This document shows positions 24,525-38,505 of a stretch of 64,000 nucleotides of DNA, one piece after another. The stretch comes from Callorhinchus milii (taxonomy: Eukaryota). Positions within the stretch are counted from its first letter, which is position 1. Each line of letters starts with the position of its first letter. The notes beneath the pieces were generated by a model, which worked only from the letters and a program-made list of their open reading frames with translations, had not been told where the DNA came from and made no database searches. The translations under genes and the position numbers were made by a program. The stretch spans positions 83,454,001-83,518,000 of the forward strand of contig NW_024704742.1 in the NCBI RefSeq assembly GCF_018977255.1, given 5' to 3'.

Positions 24525-26354
24525 AAACTATGTTCAATATATTTTCAGGCAGATTTCCTAAAGATTTAGCTATATTTTATTTCAGTTTTTAAAACTGGTT
24601 TATTCCCTGCTCCCCATGCTGAACGTTTCCTGAAATGTTGTAACCTTTGATCACAACACATATTTGCTAGTATTATTTGATCAAAGCTACACAAGTGCAA
24701 TATAAATAACACACAACTTGGTCAAATCCACCTGAATAAAATTCTCAACAAGAGATCATTAACACACAAACCAAAGAGGTTCCACAGTCTGGGTTTTCTG
24801 GAATAGTTTCTCCCAGTAATCTCTCAATTTAATTCTTTAAGACAGTAATCTTACATTCAACTCTGGAAACTTCACATTTTGGTTAATTTATTTCAATCAA
24901 TTCCTAAAAGGAAACAAAAGCCGGACAATATTTATATATTTTTTTAAAAATTGGTCACTCAATCCACTTTCTCTAATGATTACCAATTTGAGGAAATAAA
25001 ACTCTTTTTTAACCCAAGAGCTAAATTTCCTACACTGTGCCTCAACAACATAACCAAGCTTCAACTGCAGAAGATAAATCCTCCTGTGACTGAAGTGAGA
25101 TTGCCAGTCTAACGCCAATTTATGTGAAATTATAGTCGGTTTTAGACCATCAAATCAAAATCTTTAAGGCCATGTCTGGTGTGCTTAAACTAGTTTTTTA
25201 TATGACCTAAAAATTCAGCAAACACAGAGAGGAAGGAGCCTTCTATTGCCTCAGTCACATCTGAATTCAAAAACGTAACCCGATCTTGTTTAAGGGATCC
25301 ACATTGAGTTAGCAATCTCAGTGAAAAATATTTACAGGATTTGGCTAAATATCTTGAGATATCTCTAGTTTTCACTACTTCAATTTAGAAATAAAGCAAC
25401 AAAAATTCAGTTCTTGCCATTACAAGTCCCTAAGCTGGCCACAAATTTTAATACAATTTATAAGTGGAATGGACAGGCAACCCCTCAAAGGTCAGTTGAG
25501 CATTATCTTACGAGGATGGTTTACAGATCACCAGCATTGTGAAATCTATATAATGGAACAGCTCTCCATCAAGATCAGCTCGTGCTGAAGATAGCTTGTT
25601 TTTCACACTCAGCATCAGTTAGGTTTGTAGAAAAATCCATCAATGCTCATCAGAAAGCAGTTGAGATACTCAAAAGAAAATACTGTATAGTGATAACGAG
25701 CTCCTATAAGAGTCTTCATGAAGTCCCCACAGAAGTGCAACAACAACTGGCATTTATATAGTGCCCTTCACCCGGGGTAGCGTCCCGGAGCACTTAAATA
25801 ATACTATAGTAGAACACTGATCTTAAACTGATGTACTGGTTATTCAAAGGTCAACTATCCATGTGTATTTTACCCAAATAACCTTGAAACCATCTGCACT
25901 ATTTCCATAATCAAAATGCCAGTCCTAATTCTAATAACAAGCTCTCTGCTGAAACAGTCAAAATCATGCAAAGAATTGAACAGAATTTATTTTGATGCAG
26001 GATCAATAAGGAGATGGCCACAGGAAAACAAGACGATGGCTAATCTTATACTGCACAAGAAATTAATAGATCAAAATTGGGATGAAATACTGGACTTCAA
26101 AACAACTCAATGGGGTAATTCATGCAAAGTAAAAATCATCTTATTTTAAGAGAGATTAATAAAGGTTACTGTACTATTTTTAACAAGTTTTACTTCTCTG
26201 TTTTGTTTATTGAAGAGGGACAATGTTCATTGTCATCTATTTATATTCCAAATAATGACAATGCATAATTGGATTGTGTGCTTGTAATCCAACGAATTAA
26301 ATAATGCTAAACACTTTCAAGAAGCAATATTCCTTTCCAACTAGAACTTTGTGG

Positions 26355-26445
26355 ATTAGGATCTCAGTCTGTGCTGAGTTAGCTAATCTCAGTCAGGGCA
26401 TCAGTTAAGGTGCTAATAATTGGCCTCAGCATGCCCTGAGCTATG
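26355..26445 (+). mobile_element. Fragment of an ancient vertebrate SINE (AmnSINE2-like as recalled); related pieces at about 27645-27830 (+) and 15170-15325 (-)
   Basis: GTCTGTGCTGAGTTAGCTAATCTCAGTCAGGGCA...AATTGGCCTCAGCATGCCCTGAGCTA resembles my recollection of that consensus; the family name is uncertain. Confidence 0.45.
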
Positions 26446-28714
26446 AATCGTACTTGCAGGAAAATCTTCTCATTAGATAAGCAAGTGTTTCATTTTGAGT
26501 CAAAGATTAATCTTACTCCAGCATTTTCCAGATTTTCAGCATGTGCAAACCTTATCTCCATCAATCTTTTTTCAATTGCCGTTTCATAAAATCATTATAG
26601 ATCCAAAAAGGTATTAATTACAGGCAATGGTATTATGTATTGAATGTTGAGAATGAATATAAAATTAAATAAAGGCCGGTAGTTGAAAAATAGCACTGCA
26701 CTTTCGAAAATGTCATGGAACAGTGAACCAGCCATGGCTGGATATGAATTTATCATCACAATGTTTCAAATACAGAGTTCTTCGTCTGTCATATCACTGA
26801 GGTGAAAAATTGACTGAAGACTATGAGACAAGAACAGACATTTCACAAAAGCACTGCTGGAAGCCTGTGGAGTTTGCATACCTCCATCTCTGCAACATTA
26901 TAACAATAATAATAATCTTTGCATTTTATATAGCACCTTACCAAGTTATTGAGACATCTCAAAGCACTTCACAGGATATTCTGTAAAGAGAATTGACTGT
27001 ATATTTTGTGGGTAAAATGCAAATTTTGCTTGCTTCTGTCCATCCTCAACCTCAAAGCCACCAAACTCTCATGACTAAGGTGCCGTAGTCATCTTCAGAT
27101 TTGATTTCTCCATAACCTCCTTCCCAGCCTTCCCAGACACTTTTTCCTACCCTGTGGAACTCCATTCCAAAATCCTTTACACCATCTCTCAGACGAGCCA
27201 GCCTGACTCTTCAGCAGGATTTGGTGGGATAGGTGAGACACTAAGAGCAGAGATTCTTTCCATTTGGCCCATGTTAACCCTATCAACCAAACCCACACAG
27301 GTGGGACAGTCTTACTATATATTTATATATAGGGAAAACGTATGTATTCCATTGGATATTCTTAAGCATGGTGAAGAGGTTTCCTTGTGTCAGGCAACTA
27401 TCTGACAATTAAAAAAAACTGTTGGAAAAAATGGTACCCATAAAATATTTCATCCACAAAATACAGTCAATTCACTTTACACTATCTTCTGTGAAGCGCT
27501 TTGAGACGTCTCGAAGACGTGATAAGGCACTATATCAAGTGCAAAGATTATTATTAATGGTCTTCTGATTAGTATAAATTCTTGAAGTCCCGATGTAAAA
27601 GGCACTATACCAAATGCCTGGTTTATTATTAGGCTATAGGCAATCTTGTGTAGATGTCAGTCACAGATATGATTGGGCTTAGCTGTTGTATCCTGACAGT
27701 GCATTAGTCTACCTACATTCTCTGTCCAAATGTGTACATGAAAAAAAAATCAGAGGTGCTTGAGCACTGCTGGAACACACAGAAATGTACCCTAGCATGA
27801 ATCAGTGCAATCAGGACAGGAAAGAGCCAGAAACAAATGCTTTTAATTGTTTGTTACATATATGTGATGACTTTAACTAGGAATGGATAAATCAAAATCC
27901 AAAAGAGATGAACACATTAAACTGCCAAACAAGCTATGCTATGTTGTACAATGTAATAACAAAGTTACATTTATATACATCCCAAGGTGATGAAGATCCT
28001 CTTCTCCAACCTGGCACCACTATGAACCATGTACATTAAAAAGAAGAGTCCACCATATGTTAACCTATTTCTAAAAGTTTTCTTTAAGTGAGAACAGAAT
28101 GTAAAATTCAACTTTAGACTGAAGATAACCCACTAAGCTTCTTAGGACTGGATCTGCTATATATAAAATCTATTGAAGCCATCATGCTATGTGCAATTTC
28201 ATAATCTCAATTTACGAAAACCAGTAACAGCGCACTTCACAACACTCAAATAACTGCAACTAAAACTCTGCTTGTGCACTTCAAATACTTACATCTGCTG
28301 CCATACTGATCCTATGCTACAAAAAATCCTGCCTAAATGCATCACAAAAAGAGTAAACTGCTCCTATAAAAAAAAGTGATCAGTGTCTCAGTACACATTC
28401 CTTTTAAATAGACGCACTGGAGAGCGAGCACTATAAAACACCAATACTCAACAAAACAACATGATGTGGCTAGGCACTAGTATTTAATTAGTAAACTAAT
28501 AAACCAGATTAAATCAGCAGTAAGCAGACTGACATTTACAAACGTGCTTGATGGACTACATCAACTTCTTCCTTAAATGTATATTGACTACAAATTGTAA
28601 TTAAAAATTGCAGAGGTAATTGTATGGAGCAAGTAGCTATTAAAAAAAGACAAATGTGATTTCCACTATTTATGCATGACTCACTATCATAATAATTAAT
28701 ATTAGACATAGTGC

Positions 28715-29690
28715 CTCATCTGACTGGAGGAGGTGTGTAGTGGTGTCCCTCAGGGGTTGGCATTGGGCCCACTGCTTTTTCTGATCTATATTAATGATCT
28801 GGACCTGGATATAGGGAGCACAATTTCCAAATTTGCAGACGATACTAAGCCAGGAAAAGTAGTTAATGGTGAGGAAGATAGCACCAGACTCCAAGAGGAT
28901 TTAGACAGATTGGTAACATGGGCAGAAACGTGTAAGATGAGGTTTAATGTGGAGAAATGCGAAGTGTTGCATTTTGGTAGGAAGAATGAAGAGAGGTAGT
29001 ATAAGCTGATGGTACAATCTTAAAGGGGGCAAATGAACAGAGACCTGGGGGTCCACATAAGCAAATCTCTGAAGATGCAGGACAGATAGATAAAGCTGTC
29101 AAAAAAGCATACGGGATACTAGGTTTTATAAATAGGGGCATAGAATTCAAAAGTCAGGAGGTTATGTTGAATATTTATAAAATGCTGGTTAGGCCTCAGT
29201 TGGAGTACTGCGTTCAGTTCTGGGCACCACAATTTAGGAAAGATGTTAGGGCATTGGAGAGGGTGCAAAGGAGGATTACCAGGATGGTACCAGGAATGAA
29301 GGACCTTAGTTATGAGGAGAGGTTAGTGAAACTGGGATTATTCTCCCTAGAGCAGAGAAGATTAAAGGGGGATTTAATAGAGATCATGAGAGCATTTGAT
29401 AGGTTGAAACGGGAAAAACTGTTTCCACTGGCGGGTGGGTCAGTAACCCGAGGACACCGATTTAAGTTAGTTGTTAAAAAAAAGAGGGGAGGTTAGGAAA
29501 AAAAATTTCACCAGGGTAGTGGAAGCTGATTCAATAACAACTTTTAAGAGATGGGTATTTGGGGAGGACAGGATTGCAGGGCTATGGAGAGAAAGCGGGC
29601 CAGTAGGATTGAGTTGGACTGCTCTTTTAGGAGCCGGCGCAGACAAGATGGACCAAATGACCTCTTTCTGTGCTGTATGATTCTATGATC
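28715..29690 (+). mobile_element. 5'-truncated CR1 LINE (RT C-terminal part and 3' UTR)
   Basis: SGVPQGLALGPLLFLIYINDLD...ISKFADDTK, MRFNVEKCEVLHFG, LVRPQLEYCVQFWAP, LFSLEQRRLKGDLIE, TRGH. CR1 terminal ATTCTATG at 29680-29687. Confidence 0.95.
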
Positions 29691-29714
29691 ACAGTAAAAT
29701 GTCTCTGGCCTATT

Positions 29715-30553
29715 TATCCATGTTGGGAGTTTGCTCCCCGGTCTCCCCAGCTCCACTACCCACAAACTACAACTGATTCAGAACTCCACCCATACTAAAC
29801 TCTGTAAATCCATCACACCAGTCCTCGCCAGATTTCACTGGCTCCCTATCACTTGTCTACAAATCCCTTCATACCCTGGCACCTCCCTACCTTTCTGACC
29901 TGCTTTCTCCCCTCTCCACGACCTGCTACCTCTGCTTGCCGGGCTCTGGCCTCCTGTTAGTCCTTCACTGCCCCTGCTCCACCATCGGCGGCCACACTTG
30001 TGGAGTCCTGTAGCTCAGTGGTTAGAGCACTCGCTTTGCAAGTGAGAGACCTGAGTTCAATTCCAGGCAGGGCGAAACCTTGGGCAAGTTTCCTTACTCC
30101 ACACGCCTAATAATAATCCCTCCAAAAAAAAAAAAAAAAAAAAACAATAATTAAATTGGTCATTTTCAATCTACGACTGTTTGTGGGACATTGCTGTGCG
30201 CAATTGGCTGCCGCGTTCGCCCACAAATATACAGTCAATTCACTTTACAGTGTGTTCTGTGAAGCGCTTTGGGACGTCCTCCCGACGTGAAAAGCGCTAT
30301 ACCAAATGCAAGGATTATTATTATTATTATTATTACTTGCAGCTACTACACTCCAAAGCTTTGTAACTCTCCCCCCATCCCTCCACCTTGCCCCCTCCTT
30401 CCCCTCTTTTAGATCACAACTGAAAACCTTACTCTTCCACCGTGTTTACGGTCACCTCCTCCCTCTCACCAGCTTGGCATCAGGCTCCGCCACTGTTAAG
30501 GGCTTTGAGACGCTGACCCGAGTGAAGGGCGTTGTATAAATGCAAGTTGTTGT
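29715..30553 (+). mobile_element. Older L2 3' fragment interrupted by a SINE
   Basis: L2-like CACTGGCTCCC...ACCATCGGCGGCC before 30000; resumes CAGCTACTACACTCC... and ends in the tail TATAAATGCAAGTTGTTG. Confidence 0.7.
30001..30334 (+). mobile_element. Young short-type tRNA/DeuSINE, full length, with probable TSD ACTTG
   Basis: Intact A/B boxes, internal A-run and tail. ACTTG at 29996-30000 and 30335-30339. Confidence 0.92.
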
Positions 30554-31806
30554 TTACTCCTCCAAGAGCCATCTGTCCTAATCCCAAATCCCTGCTCTTT
30601 TCCCTTGCTCTCTAACACCCTTCCTTTGCATGGCCTTCTCCATTTTTTAATTAAATGCCCCATCATTTATAAATTTAGATGAGTAATAAAAGCATTTTGA
30701 GACATCTCAACATGATAAGGGTCTATATCAAATCCAAGAATGATTATTAATTATTATAATATCATCAGCAGGAGAATTTCCATGTCCTTTTTTAGAATAG
30801 TGATTTGGGATCCTTGACGTCTACCTGAACCACCAGAAAGCGTCCCAGCTTTAATATCTTGTCCAAAATACCATACCTCTAACAACACAGCACTTTCTTG
30901 GTACTAAATTCGAGCACAGGTCTAGATTATATGTCAGCCTTACTCAGTTGGTATCACTCTACCCTCTGAGTCAACCATCAAAATCTACAAATGGAGAAGG
31001 TATAAGGTACATTTTGTTTTAAGTCTGAAAACAGAAGTAAACAGTCTTGCCTCATCATTGAACCATTACATCACCAACCGTATGGAAATGTAATTGTTAT
31101 TTCAAAAAGTTTAAGGGCCCTCACATGAATCAATATCTGACAGAAAGAAGTAACACTTCATCCTGGTTTCATTTCTCAAAGCATTTATCATTGTTGCTCA
31201 TGAACTAAGTTTTCAATTCCTGCTGCCAACTCCATGACTAAATACAGCTTCAGGATTCGGCCTTCAAGGTTCCAGTGGTCCCTCAGGTAAATACTGGCTT
31301 CCATATTTATGCAGTAATTCCCAAATGAAGTGAGCTGTTGATTTATAGTCCAGCTGCTTTGTAGTGGTTCGCAGCTTACATAATGATATTAAAAAACAGG
31401 AATCTTTGAGCCTTACAATTTAGCAGTTTGGTGTTTTTTTCCTCGTTAAGGGATTCTCGCAATTTCCCCAGTGCGGTTTCTTTATTTTTAATGAAAACCA
31501 ATAAGGAGGTAACATAGTTCCTGTTCTCTGCACTTTTTTTTCCAAATTACAACAAACTACAGCTGTTTTATGGCAGTCATGTAACAAGGCAAGTCACATA
31601 TTCCACGCATATTGAAGTACATGGTTAATGTAGATTTTGTTTGGCCACATCGCCCTTCACCTCTTTCCTCTCGCTTGCCTGACTTCCAATCCCGTCTTTG
31701 TATGGCGCTTTGAGAAGTTACCCAATGTGGAGGGTGCTATATAAAAGCAAGTTGTTGTTATTGAATGAGTTATTTTCATCCCTTCTTCTGGAGTTCTAGT
31801 TATATA

Positions 31807-31919
31807 CAGGTTGTCCAAAAAGTTGGATACCATTACAACGTCTAATAAGTCTTAAAGAAATAATGGTATATTTTTAACATACTAGGGTAGCTGAAAAATA
31901 AGACTTTTTGGTCACCCTG
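31807..31919. mobile_element. Tc1/mariner-type MITE (113 bp)
   Basis: TA|CAGGTTGTCCAAAAAGT ... ACTTTTTGGTCACCCTG|TA: 17-bp terminal inverted repeats with 2 mismatches and TA flanks. Confidence 0.82.
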
Positions 31920-32351
31920 TACTTACAAGTACATGTGTGTGCGCATGTGCATGTGTGTTCAGGTGAGTAGGTACAGAAACAAAGAGAAGGGCTGGTATTT
32001 GCAATTATATCTGTTGCTGGCACGAGACCAGAAAAGAAGAGATCTTCAGGAACTTTATCTGGTTCATCCTTGGGCATACTTTTATACATTTAATGACTAA
32101 AATGTTGTCATTCACATTTATAGCAAATTGATCAGACAGAGATGATTTAGTGATAATGAATGAAAGGAAGGATCCACTAAATATTCTGCCTACCTAATCT
32201 GTACTTTCAGATAAGTGACTTACTCAACACTGAACATGCAATTAATGCATTCAGATTTAGAATTAGACTTTTGTTAGGATGCCCTATATACTGTTAATTA
32301 TTTAATCAGCTGATATTCTGCTCACTTTACATCCATGGGAAATATTATATA

Positions 32352-32832
32352 AGAGTCCTATGGCATATTGGTTAAAGTACTCGCCTCACAAAAAAAAGCT
32401 ACCGTGTTTCGCCCACAAAATATATAGTCACTACACTTTACAGTATATTCTGTGAAGCACTTTGAGACGTCTCAAAGATATGATGAGGCGCTATACTAAA
32501 TGCAAGTATTATTATTTATTATTATAAGCGAGAGGACCCGGGTTCATTTCATGGTTGGTTTCCTTACCCCGCACGCCTCTGTTTACCCAGCAGTAAGTCG
32601 GAACCCGGCTATTAGTCGATTGGCAGATTGCTTTTTCGGGGATAATAATCCCTTCAAAATTATAATAATTTGGTGACTCAATCCATGAATGTTTGTGGGA
32701 CATCGCTATGCGGAATTAGTTGCCGCGTTTCACCCACAAAATACAATCAATTCACTTTTACGGTATATTCTGTGAAGGGCTTTGAGACATCTCAACAATG
32801 TGATAAGGCACTCTATCAAATACAAGGATTAT
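32352..32832 (+). mobile_element. Long-type SINE with a truncated SINE 3' piece (about 32391-32525) inserted in its tRNA head
   Basis: Head reads ...CTCGCCTCACA, then a SINE tail ending (ATT)n, then resumes AAGCGAGAGGACCCGGGTTC. Confidence 0.8.
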
Positions 32833-32884
32833 TCTCCCACAGCATTAAAACAGTATTTTTATATAGCATTTCTACGCGATCAAT

Positions 32885-33372
32885 TAGGTCAGCTTGGCTC
32901 AATTGGTAGCATTCTCATCTCTGCGTTAGAAGGCTGTGGATTTAAGTCCTATGTCAAGATATTAATCTCATGCTTGAGGCTAACACCCCCAATCTAATCC
33001 TGAATTATTTAATTATTAACACTGCTAATACTTAATAATTATATAATTATTAACACTGCTTTGTTGGATGTGTGGTCTTTGGATTAGATGTTAAACTGAG
33101 GTATCATCTGCCTGTACATTAAAGATCCCATTACTCAAAAAGATACAAGTTTCTACTTAGATTCTGGCGAAAATCTTCCAGGTAAATTGGTCATGTTTTG
33201 GTCACCCNAAAAATAAATTATTATTATATTCCTATTTATTCATAAGTGTTTGTGGGGCATTGCTGTGCACAAATTGGTTGTCCCATCTGCCTACAAATAT
33301 ACTTCACAGAAATGATGTGAATCACTTTGAGAAATTTGACCTTCTAGGCACCTTATCAAATGCAAAGATTAA
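32885..33372 (+). mobile_element. Old DeuSINE
   Basis: TTGGCTCAATTGGTAGCATTCTC head, GATGTTAAACTGAGG core, TTTGTGGGGCATTGCTGTGCACAAATTGG and tail. Confidence 0.72.
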
Positions 33373-33684
33373 TTAGTTCCTTTGTACTATATTAAGTTAA
33401 TAGTTCTCTCACTCCACCTCTATCTCTCCCCCCCACTCCTTCCTTTGAGTCTCTCTCACGTTTTTATCTCTCAGTCTCTGATTCTCTTTACATCTATCTC
33501 TATGTCAATCTCTAATGTTACACTATATAAAAGTATAAACATTTACTGGACTGGGATTATTTTCCTTCATCACTGGAAAAGGATGGCAACCAGAAACAGA
33601 CACAAATCACAATTTTACAATGGTTGTCCCTGCATTAACTTGTGTGTATGCAATGTTCTTTTTGTTCTGTCTGATTTCGAACCA

Positions 33685-34482
33685 ATAATGTAAATGGAGT
33701 CAATTTCACTGCTTCAGGACTTTCAGGCTGCATAAAGAAAATAATCTGTACGGAAATTGAAAAGGACTTGGGGATGTCCTGATTGACAATAAATTGGAAG
33801 CTATGGCAACAGTGCTCGGTAGCAGCGAGCAAGGCAAGCCAGATACCGGATTGTATTAAAAGGGCAATATTGAGCCAAAATAGTGGGGTAGGGATTCCTG
33901 CCACTTGATAAATCACTGGTACGACTGCACTTGGGAATACTGTGTGCAGTTCTGGTCATCACAATATAAAAAGGATATTGCAGCGATTGAGAGGATACAG
34001 ATGAGGACAACTAAAATGATTGAGGGGATGGAGGCACTGCTCTACGAGGAACGATTAGATAAACTGGGCATCTTCACACTGGAGAGGAGAAGGTTGAGGG
34101 TCGATATGATTACAGTCTTTAAGATTCTGAAGGGACTAGATAATGTAGACCATGACAAGCTGATTTATCTTGTACTGAACGGTACAAGACCAGAGGACAC
34201 GCATGGCCTGCGATTGAAGGGGGATAAATTCAGAACAAATCTGCTGAAATACTACTTCAGTGAGCAAATAGTAAACGCATGGAACAGGCTCCCCAGAGAA
34301 ACGGTGGAAACAGAAAGTGTTGTTCATTTCAAGAATAAATTAAGATAGATTTATGTTAGAAAGTAATATCTTGGGATACAATATATAGTTTGGGATACAA
34401 CATGTCAAGTTACTGTCAGGATGGTGAAAGGCAAACTGGATGGACCTTGGTCTTCTTTTGCCTAGCAAATTCTTATGTTCAT
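33685..34482 (+). mobile_element. CR1 LINE 3' fragment (different subfamily from 28715)
   Basis: EKDLG-like segment, EYCVQFWS, LYEERLDKLGIFTLERRRLRVDMI, FSEQIVNAWNRLP; ends TTCTTATGTTC. Confidence 0.9.
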
Positions 34483-35289
34483 TAGTATTTGTGTAATATT
34501 GTATGTGCAAACCATATACTGTATTAACTGCTCAAGTTGTTGGGCAACATTGAAACACTTTGAAGAGCTTCAATCTTGCACAACCACAAAGCGTTACAGC
34601 TATTTTGCAGACTGAGGATTCCTCACAAGGTCTCACTCCAATCCTAAACATCCTATATTTCATTTTGGGTATTACACTTTGGTACCCTACATGAAAAGCA
34701 CCACATAAATGCAATTTGTTGTTTGCTGCTGTTGTTAAATTTTGGTCACTTGACTTTTCCTTTATTTGTACTTGTCATTATATCTTTATAATAATATAAT
34801 AATCCTTGCATTTGATGTAATACCTTATGTCAAAAACACATTTGAAAGCACTTCAATGGATTTATACTGTAAAGCAAAGTGACTGTATATTTTGTAAGCA
34901 AACACGGCATCCAATTTGCAAACTTGCATTTATGTAGCGCCTTCACAGGGGTAGCATCTCAGAGCCATTGACATGTATAAAATCTGTTAGTTTTAAGAGT
35001 GGATGAACTGCGTCTAACCAATGTAGCCAATACAAGCAATTGGTTCTGAGCAAGCCACATCAAACCCCACCTGCCCAGCACCCCAGTCATCATCAAGTTC
35101 CACTTTTCCAAGTGGATCGATTCAAGGTCCCCATCTTCACCTATAAATTGCTCCACACCCTTGGACCACTCTATCTTTCTGATCTTCTCCAACCCACTAC
35201 TCCCACTCAACTTCTCCACTGAGCAAACAAGCTGGTTGCACGTCAACTGCCCTCTCCAAGCCATTATCAGTGGCCAAGACTCAGAGTAC

Positions 35290-36975
35290 AACACCAACCT
35301 TACATTTGTAAAGTGCCTTGCACGTCGGGAGGACGTCCCAAGGCACTGAACAGTCAGGGATCCGAGCATTGGGGGCAGGGTTGGGGTGAAGGAGGGCAGA
35401 GGGGGTAGGGGGGCGGCTGAAGGAGGGACTTAACTCCTGCCTTGAACGAGGCAAGAGAGGGTGCACGGCAAATGGATTGTGGGATGAAGTTCCAAAGAGT
35501 GGGGGCAGAGATGCTGAAAGCCCAGCTGCCGATGGGTGGGCGAGTCTGGTAGGAAACCTGGAGCAGGTTGAGCGGAGGGAGCAGACAGGTCAGCAGGTCA
35601 GAGATGTAGGAGGGGGCAAGGCCGTGGAGGGCCTTGAAAGTGAGGATGAGGATTTTGAATTCTATCCTCTGAGGGATGGGGAGCCAGTGGAGCCGGGTGA
35701 GGGTGGAGTTGATGGGGTCACCGAGCCTGGTACAGGAGAGGACACGAGCTGCAGTTCTGGATGATCTGCAGCTTGTGGAGGGAAGAGTTGGGGAGGTCAA
35801 CAAGGAGGGAGTTTCCATAGTCGAGCCTTGAGGTGACGAATGCGTGTATGAGGGTTTCATCGGCCTGAGGGGTGAGGCAGTGGTAGAGTCGGGAAATGTT
35901 GCGGAGATGGGGGGAAGGCAGAGCGGGTCATGGTACAGATATAGGGGAGAAAGAACAGTTGAGGATCAAACAAGACACTCAGGTTCCTGACTGGCTCGGT
36001 GAGGTGGAGTGTGCATCTGTGGATGCAGATGCTGCCAGTGCCTGAGGTGCGGAGGTCTGGCGAGAGCCAATCAGGAGGGCCTCGGTCTTGCTGACATTCA
36101 GCTGTAGAAAGTTAGCTCTCATCCAGGACTTGTTGTCAGACAGACAGTCTGTCAAGACGTCAGTTGTCCTGGAACAGATGGTGGAGGCAGAGATAGAGTT
36201 GGGTGTCATCCGCATACATGTGGAAGTTGACCCCATGTCTGCGGATGATGTCACCAAGGGGCAACATATAGAGGTTGAAGAGGAGGGGACCGAGGACAGA
36301 GCCCTGAGGAACACCATACAAGACTGTGTGGGGGCTGGAAGAGAAACTGTTGGCAGAGATAAATAGGAGATGGTGTGAGAGATAAGACCTGAAACATTCA
36401 AGGGCAGAACCTTGAAGGTTGAGGAGAGAGGAGACAGTGGAGAAGGATGGAGTGGTCCATGGTGTCGAAGCCAGCAGAGAGGTCGAGGAGGATGAGAATG
36501 CAGAGGGAGCCCTGGTCCCAGATGGACAAAATGTCGTTTGTCACCTTGCCCAGAGCAGTTTCTGTGTTGTAAGCAACACCGAAACACGATTGGAGGGGCT
36601 CGTGAAGGGAGTGGTAGGAGAAGAATGAGCAAAGCTGGGAAGCAGCAACTCTTTCAAGGACCTTCGATAGAAAATGGAGGTTGGAGATGGGTTGGTAGAT
36701 AGAAGGCAGAGATGGGTCCAGGGAAGGTTTTTTCAGGATGGGTGTGATTGGTGTCGGAGATTAGAGCGGCGAGGAGGTGGAGCTGGGAGGTAAGGAAAGG
36801 GGTGGGGATGGGGTCAAGGGAGCAGGTGGTGTGTTTCATGCCAGATACGGTGGTGATGAGAGAGGAAGGGGAGACAGGTTCAAAAATGTGGAGGGAGGGA
36901 TGGGTAGGGGTCAGAGTGTGGGGAGGGAGTGGCGGTTGGGAGGGCAGAGGTAGCTCAATGGATCCCCTCGATTTT
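35290..36975 (-). mobile_element. Longest L2 copy (about 1.7 kb, 5'-truncated, frameshifted), inserted within an older plus-strand L2 fragment
   Basis: TCSLDPIPTPFL, RT motifs including ATG TAT GCG GAT GAC (MYADD) near 36205-36219, LHWLPIPQRIEFKIL and tail. Older L2 pieces flank it at about 35030-35285 and 36980-37220. Confidence 0.93.
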
Positions 36976-38059
36976 GGACTTGAAGTAATCCAGCATCTCC
37001 TCATAGGGGTCCCTCACAGTAACCTGTACCCACTCCCCCTACCCCCATCAGCCCTCTCTGTCTTTAATTCCTGCTTTAAAATCTACCTGCCTACCTTTAC
37101 ACCACGCCTAGGGTCACCTCCTCCTTCCCCTCTCTGCTCGGCAGAGATAACCCTGTCTCTGCAAAAGACTCCAAAACGTTATCCTATGTGAAGGACATGA
37201 TACAAATGCAGCTTGTATTAAAATACAAAGACAAGAGGTGGGAAAGCAAAATTAAAAGAGGTATCAGGGACTCAATGGGCCAAATGGCCTACTCCTGACT
37301 TTAAGTCCAACAGTCCTCTACTGTGCCTAATTATGGCAAATTGCATTTCAAAGTATAATCACGCCATCTAGCAGAACTACCAAAAGTGCAGAAAATGCAA
37401 AGCAACCAGATAAAGATCAAAGATAACATGGAAACAGAATGGCAAATTATCATTCATACAACATTTGAAGCAAAAGCTAAATGCTAATGCTGGGATAAAA
37501 GCTTCAAAATCATCGGTTAACTGCATCGTAATGGCACGTTTCTGTTAAGAAAAAATGTCACAAGTGTAGGCAAGTTTAAATGCACTAAGGAATTGACAAA
37601 ACCTTTTCAAAAATAAGAACTGTTTTTTTGCTATGATGAAGCTAAATGCAGGTTTCACGACAGCTTTTTGAATTTCAATGGAAGTGAAACAGATGACATG
37701 TAACCTCCGCAATTACCGTGTGTCTCAAGAAACAGATGGGAAAATAAATCTATTTGAAGAAACAAAACGAAAACCTGATACAGTATGTTAGCCAGCAAAT
37801 ATCATAAAATATATAACTTCAAACTGGGAAAGGAAGCATTTTTCTCAGTGTTACGCTGTGTCAACCCCTTACCATGGCAGCCATGAGCAGTTAAATATCA
37901 GAACAAATGGTAAGATTCATCAGCTATAAATATAACCAGTGTTTGGTACCGAATTCTGATGTGGACTTGCAAAACACCTTTTGAAGGTCCTGACTGACAT
38001 TTGGTCATGCCTCTATCATTGAAAAGGGTGGAATCTGGTCTATCCTCATCTAGCTGAAT

Positions 38060-38505
38060 GAATCCAGCTCATTGAAAACTCTGCAGCCCACATACTGACC
38101 CAGACAAAACTCCGTACGCACATCTCAGGCTTCACTGGCTCCTCACACTCGTGTTCAAATCGATTCACTCCCTGGACCTCCCTACCTCTCCGACCTCCTC
38201 AGTCCCCAATCTACCACCTGACAACCCCGCTCGACTGGCACCGGCCTCCTGCTCGTCCCTCACACTTTCCATCCCACCATCGGAGGTCGCGCTTCAGCCG
38301 CTACGCCCCAAAACCCAGGAACATTCTCCCTCAATCCCTCAGCCTTGTCCCCTCTCTCCCCTCTTTCAAGCACCGTCTGAAAACTTTCCTCTTCGACCGT
38401 GCTTACAGCCACCTCCCCCCGGCTCAGAGTCAGGCTCCGGCACTGTTAAGTGCTCTGAGACACCCTGCGTGGAAGGCGCTATATAGGTGCAAGTTATTAT
38501 TAGTG
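38060..38505 (+). mobile_element. Older L2 3' fragment
   Basis: CTTCACTGGCTCC, CCCACCATCGGAGGTCGCGCTTCAGCCGCTACG and tail GGAAGGCGCTATATAGGTGCAAGTTATT. Confidence 0.75.

Noticed and set aside
25880..25985. Minus-strand sequence faintly resembling the missing upstream KDM4C exon (HDFDC..AES..W..DYG versus HGFNCAES..RWIDYG)
   Set aside because: It needs several frameshifts, the 5' half does not match, and there is no proper exon structure. Most likely chance; TBLASTN with KDM4C would settle it.
30001..30075. tRNA-Ala(TGC)-like gene (also at 18390, 46430-46500, 61205, 1057)
   Set aside because: It lacks a proper acceptor stem and continues into SINE body and tail in every copy, so these are SINE heads rather than tRNA genes.
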